Position numbers and translations under genes: made by a program
Notes under the pieces: model-generated
Databases searched by the model: none
What the model was told of the DNA's origin: nothing
The model's input: the letters and a program-made list of their open reading frames with translations, nothing else
Assembly: GCA_043803165.1 (NCBI GenBank)
Contig: JAZDKI010000002.1
Coordinates: 1 to 55,137 of the forward strand
Direction of reading: 5' to 3'
DNA: 55,137 nt
Source: Candidatus Micrarchaeota archaeon
GTDB taxonomy: Archaea > Micrarchaeota > Micrarchaeia > Anstonellales > Bilamarchaeaceae
In this document: in pieces, positions 51,652 through 55,137 of the stretch
How the letters are laid out: the number at the start of each line of letters is the position of its first letter
Position numbering within the stretch: position 1 is the first letter of the stretch

Positions 51652-54222
51652 CTAACGCGCGTTTACGTCCTCTTTCCTGTCCCGTGCGGCCTCTCCAGCG
51701 AAGAATCTGTGTTTCGCCAGCTCCACGACGAGCACATACACCGTCACGATCGCGATTATCACGACCGCCGTCCCGAAGTTTATCGGCATGAACTGGAAAA
51801 ACGGGGCGAGGGGCGAGAAGACGAGCAGGAAGACCAGTGCCGCCGCACCGAATGACGATATCAGGAGCAGCGCGCTCGGCGCGGATTTCCAGAACGGCCT
51901 GAACGTCCTGATGGAGAACACGACGAATATCTCGGTGAGCACCGATTCTATGAACCACACCGTCCTGAAAAGCCCGGCTTCCGCGCTCAATACAAAATAG
52001 ACGAAAGCCATCGTTATCAGATCGAAGACCGAGCTGATCAGCCCGAAATACACCATGAACCGGTTTATCCTCCCGATGTCCCACCTCTGGGGCTTGCGGA
52101 GGTCGTCGCGGTCCACATTATCCGTGGATACCGTCAGCATGGGGACGTCAGATATGAAATTGTTCAGCAGCACCTGGGAAGGCAGCAGGGGTATGAACGG
52201 AAGGAACAGCGATGATATCGTGAGCGTGAACATGTTGCCGAAATTCGCGCTGATCGTCCCATGGATATATTTGGTGATGTTGCCGAACGTCCTCCTGCCT
52301 TCCGAGATGCCGTTGGCCACCACGTTGAGGTGCTTGCGCAAAAGCACGACATCGGACGCTTCCTTGGCGATATCGGCCCCGCTGCTGACCGATATCCCGA
52401 CATCCGCCGCCTTCAATGAGGGCGCATCGTTCACCCCGTCCCCGATGAAGCCTACGATGTGCCCGTTCGCGCGGAGCGCCTTCACGATGGAGAGCTTATC
52501 CTCCGGAGTGAGCCTCGCGTAGATATTGTTTTTCTCCACGATCTTGCGGAGGTCCGCTTCCTCCAACCCCGCGATGTCGCTCCCCAATATCACCTTTCCG
52601 GACAGGTTCTCCACGCCCACCTGCCTGCACACCTCCCCCGTGACAAGGGGTCCGTCCCCGGTCAGGACATACATCTTCACGCCGAGCTTCCTGAAGCGCT
52701 CCAGGGCGGGGAACGTATCCTTCCGAGGCGGGTCCATCAGGATCAGGAACCCCAAGAACGTGAGGTCGGATTCATCCGCCGGCGAGTATTCCTCCTTCTT
52801 GCCGATGTCCTTTGATGCGACCACTATCACCCGGTAGCCGTCTGCTCCGAAACCCTCGGCCATCCGCTTGAGCGATGCCTTCTTTTTCCCTATCGGGAGG
52901 GACTTCCCCCCCGACCTATAATGCGTGCATATCGGGAGCATCTCTTCAGGGGCGCCCTTGCAGATCAGCAGGCGCTCCCTGCCCGACTCGACCGCAACGC
53001 TCATCCTCTTCCGCTCGTAATCGAAGGCGACGAGCGCGATCCGCCGATACCCTTTCGTCCGCTCCGCGACGGATTTCGAGATCGCATAGGTCCATATGGC
53101 GGAATCTATCGATCCGCCCTTCACCTTGCCGTGCTGCACCACCGCGGAGTTGCATAGGAGCGAATAATCCAGCACCCTCTCGTCATCCTTGCCTTCGCAA
53201 TCGAGATACCGTATGAGCGTCACGACGTTCTCGGTGAGCGTCCCCGTCTTGTCCGCGCATAGGATGTCCATGTTGCCGAGGTCCTCGATGGCCTGGAGCT
53301 TCTTGACGGCCACATGCTTCTTCACAAGCGCCAATGCCCCGTGCGAAAGCCCTATCGTTATCACGATGGGGAGAAGTTCGGGCGTTATCCCGACCGCTAT
53401 CGCGAGCGCGAAGAGGAAAGATTCCAGCAGCCCGTGGCCGAGTGCCGAGTTTATCACGAAGACGAAGAACGTCATCACCAGGATGACCCGCAGGAGCATG
53501 CCCCCGAAGCTCCTGATGCTTTTTTCGAAATCGGTCGCCTCCTCGGCGTTTCTCAATGATTTCGCGCTTTTTCCGAGGAATGTGTCGCGCCCGGTCGCCA
53601 CGACCAGCGCCTTGCCGGATCCGCTCTTGATAGTCGCCCCCATGAAGACGGAATTCGCCATCTGGTATGGCTCAGCCTTCTCCAGATCCAGGGGCTCCGC
53701 GTTCTTGGGGACCGGCACGGACTCCCCGGTCAGCACGGATTCGTCGCTTTCCAATCCGTGCGCCTCCAGGAGCCTGGCATCCGCCGGAACGATGTCGCCT
53801 ATGGAGATCAGGATGACGTCCCCGGGCACCAGTTCGCGTACGTCCACCTCCAGGACATGGCCGTCGCGGAGCGCCCGCGCGGTCATGGACACGTACCTCC
53901 GCAGCTCCTCCAATGCCTTCTCGGAGCGGTATTCCTGGACGAATCCGAGGACGGCGTTCATCACGACGATCGCGAGGATTATGAGGGCATCCATCCCCTC
54001 GCCTAAGAAGAACGCGATGGCTGTCGCCCCTATAAGGATATATACGAGCGGGTTCTGGAACTGGGAGATGAATATCCTCAGCGGGGTCTTCTTATCCGCC
54101 TCCGAAATGGCGTTCGGGCCGTGCTCCTCCAGCCTGCCCTTGGCTTCAGCCGAAGAGAGGCCGGAGTCTGCCGCCGAGAATCCCCTCAGCAGCTCGACCT
54201 GGCCCATCTTCCAGTAATCCAT
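51652..54222 (-). CDS. mgtA: Magnesium-translocating P-type ATPase (P3B, MgtA-like)
   Basis: LTGES, AVGITPELLP, DKTGTLT, FDYERKRMS, GDGVNDAP, NITKYI....SANFGNMF. Confidence 0.88.
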   Translation of the reverse strand: MDYWKMGQVELLRGFSAADSGLSSAEAKGRLEEHGPNAISEADKKTPLRIFISQFQNPLVYILIGATAIAFFLGEGMDALIILAIVVMNAVLGFVQEYRSEKALEELRRYVSMTARALRDGHVLEVDVRELVPGDVILISIGDIVPADARLLEAHGLESDESVLTGESVPVPKNAEPLDLEKAEPYQMANSVFMGATIKSGSGKALVVATGRDTFLGKSAKSLRNAEEATDFEKSIRSFGGMLLRVILVMTFFVFVINSALGHGLLESFLFALAIAVGITPELLPIVITIGLSHGALALVKKHVAVKKLQAIEDLGNMDILCADKTGTLTENVVTLIRYLDCEGKDDERVLDYSLLCNSAVVQHGKVKGGSIDSAIWTYAISKSVAERTKGYRRIALVAFDYERKRMSVAVESGRERLLICKGAPEEMLPICTHYRSGGKSLPIGKKKASLKRMAEGFGADGYRVIVVASKDIGKKEEYSPADESDLTFLGFLILMDPPRKDTFPALERFRKLGVKMYVLTGDGPLVTGEVCRQVGVENLSGKVILGSDIAGLEEADLRKIVEKNNIYARLTPEDKLSIVKALRANGHIVGFIGDGVNDAPSLKAADVGISVSSGADIAKEASDVVLLRKHLNVVANGISEGRRTFGNITKYIHGTISANFGNMFTLTISSLFLPFIPLLPSQVLLNNFISDVPMLTVSTDNVDRDDLRKPQRWDIGRINRFMVYFGLISSVFDLITMAFVYFVLSAEAGLFRTVWFIESVLTEIFVVFSIRTFRPFWKSAPSALLLISSFGAAALVFLLVFSPLAPFFQFMPINFGTAVVIIAIVTVYVLVVELAKHRFFAGEAARDRKEDVNAR

Positions 54223-54291
54223 GGAGCATTCACTACCTCTATGGTTAAAATCCTCTCGCACAATCTCCTAATGCAGTACTGTGGTGTCATT

Positions 54292-55137
54292 ATGGATTCG
54301 GAAAGAAGGCTCTCATTGATCAAAGGCATCGCCAAAGAGGTGGTCACAGAGCAGGAACTCAAGGAGCTCCTGGATTCCAACGACCATCCGCTCGCTTATG
54401 ACGGCTTCGAGCCGTCCGGCATCGCGCATCTTCCGGTGGGCATCTACCGCCCGCTCCTCATCAAGGACCTGCTCTCAGCCGGCGTCCGGTTCAACCTCCT
54501 ATTGGCCGATTCATTCGCCTGGATAAACAACAAGATGGGCGGGGATTTGGATCGCATCCGCGTGGTGGGGAAGTATTTCCTCGAAGTGTGGAAGGCGGCC
54601 GGGGTCGACATGGACAAGATAAACGTCGTCTGGCACAAGGATTATTTCGACGACGGCGAGTACTGGAAGACCGTGATGCAGGTCGCCAAGGGCCACACGC
54701 TCGCCCGAACCACGAAGTGCCTCCAGATCGCAGGGAGGAAGGAAGGCGAGGTCAAGCAGGTAGCACAATTGTTCTATCCCTCCATGCAGGCGGCGGACAT
54801 ATTCCACATGAAGGTGGACATCTGCCAACTGGGCCTGGATCAGAGGAAGGCGAATATGCTCGCACGGGATGTCGCACCTGACCTCGGCTTCAAGAAGCCG
54901 GTCGCCGTGCACCACCGCATGCTACTATCGCTGTCCGGGGTCGGCAGCGCCAGCGCATCGGATGAGGCGCAGCTTGAGCAGGAGATCGACGCCAAGATGA
55001 GCAAGAGCAAGCCCGAGACATGCATATTCGTGCACGATTCCCAGGCCGATATCGCTAGGAAGATAAACAAGGCGTTCTGCCCGCCGAAGCAGGCGGACGG
55101 GAACCCGGTCCTCGAATACGCCAAAGAGATCCTGTTC
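54292..55137 (+). CDS. tyrS: Tyrosine--tRNA ligase, 3'-truncated; absent from the ORF track
   Basis: My translation gives AYDGFEPSGIAHL, LADSFAWINNKMGG, YPSMQAADI, LGLDQRKANMLARD and KMSKS. Confidence 0.95.
   Translation, partial: MDSERRLSLIKGIAKEVVTEQELKELLDSNDHPLAYDGFEPSGIAHLPVGIYRPLLIKDLLSAGVRFNLLLADSFAWINNKMGGDLDRIRVVGKYFLEVWKAAGVDMDKINVVWHKDYFDDGEYWKTVMQVAKGHTLARTTKCLQIAGRKEGEVKQVAQLFYPSMQAADIFHMKVDICQLGLDQRKANMLARDVAPDLGFKKPVAVHHRMLLSLSGVGSASASDEAQLEQEIDAKMSKSKPETCIFVHDSQADIARKINKAFCPPKQADGNPVLEYAKEILF

Overview
This is a GC-rich archaeal chromosomal segment. Gene content and style point to a DPANN archaeon, most likely Micrarchaeota (inference). Most of it is core housekeeping: enolase (5'-truncated), a TPR+AAA ATPase, pyrC, scpA, sepF, scpB, an AK6-type kinase, purA, the conserved exosome superoperon (SBDS-rrp4-rrp41-rrp42-rpl37ae-rpoP-Brix-pcc1-pfdB-DHH), thpR, TldE/PmbA, a GT4, LonB, csl4-rpoL-signal peptidase, rdgB-rps15-rps3ae-nac, rtcA, an MgtA-type P-ATPase and tyrS (3'-truncated). 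It also has tRNA-Ser(TGA) and an intron-containing tRNA-Asp(GTC). The standout is a 13.6-kb orphan gene (35422-49011, 4529 aa). Reading it by eye gives a helical N-terminal half, a Gly/Ala-rich hydrophobic segment, two tandem GGDEF-like nucleotide cyclase domains, a PI3K/HipA-like kinase domain and three C-terminal repeats. This looks like a multi-enzyme effector or toxin, with a small coupled upstream gene. Other notable items: an unannotated RNA polymerase subunit P lacking all four zinc cysteines, a 32-bp hairpin-forming repeat flanking rpl37ae, a CBS+HPF-like hibernation factor candidate, and repeats and hairpins around both tRNAs. All domain calls come from motif recognition by eye; no searches were run.
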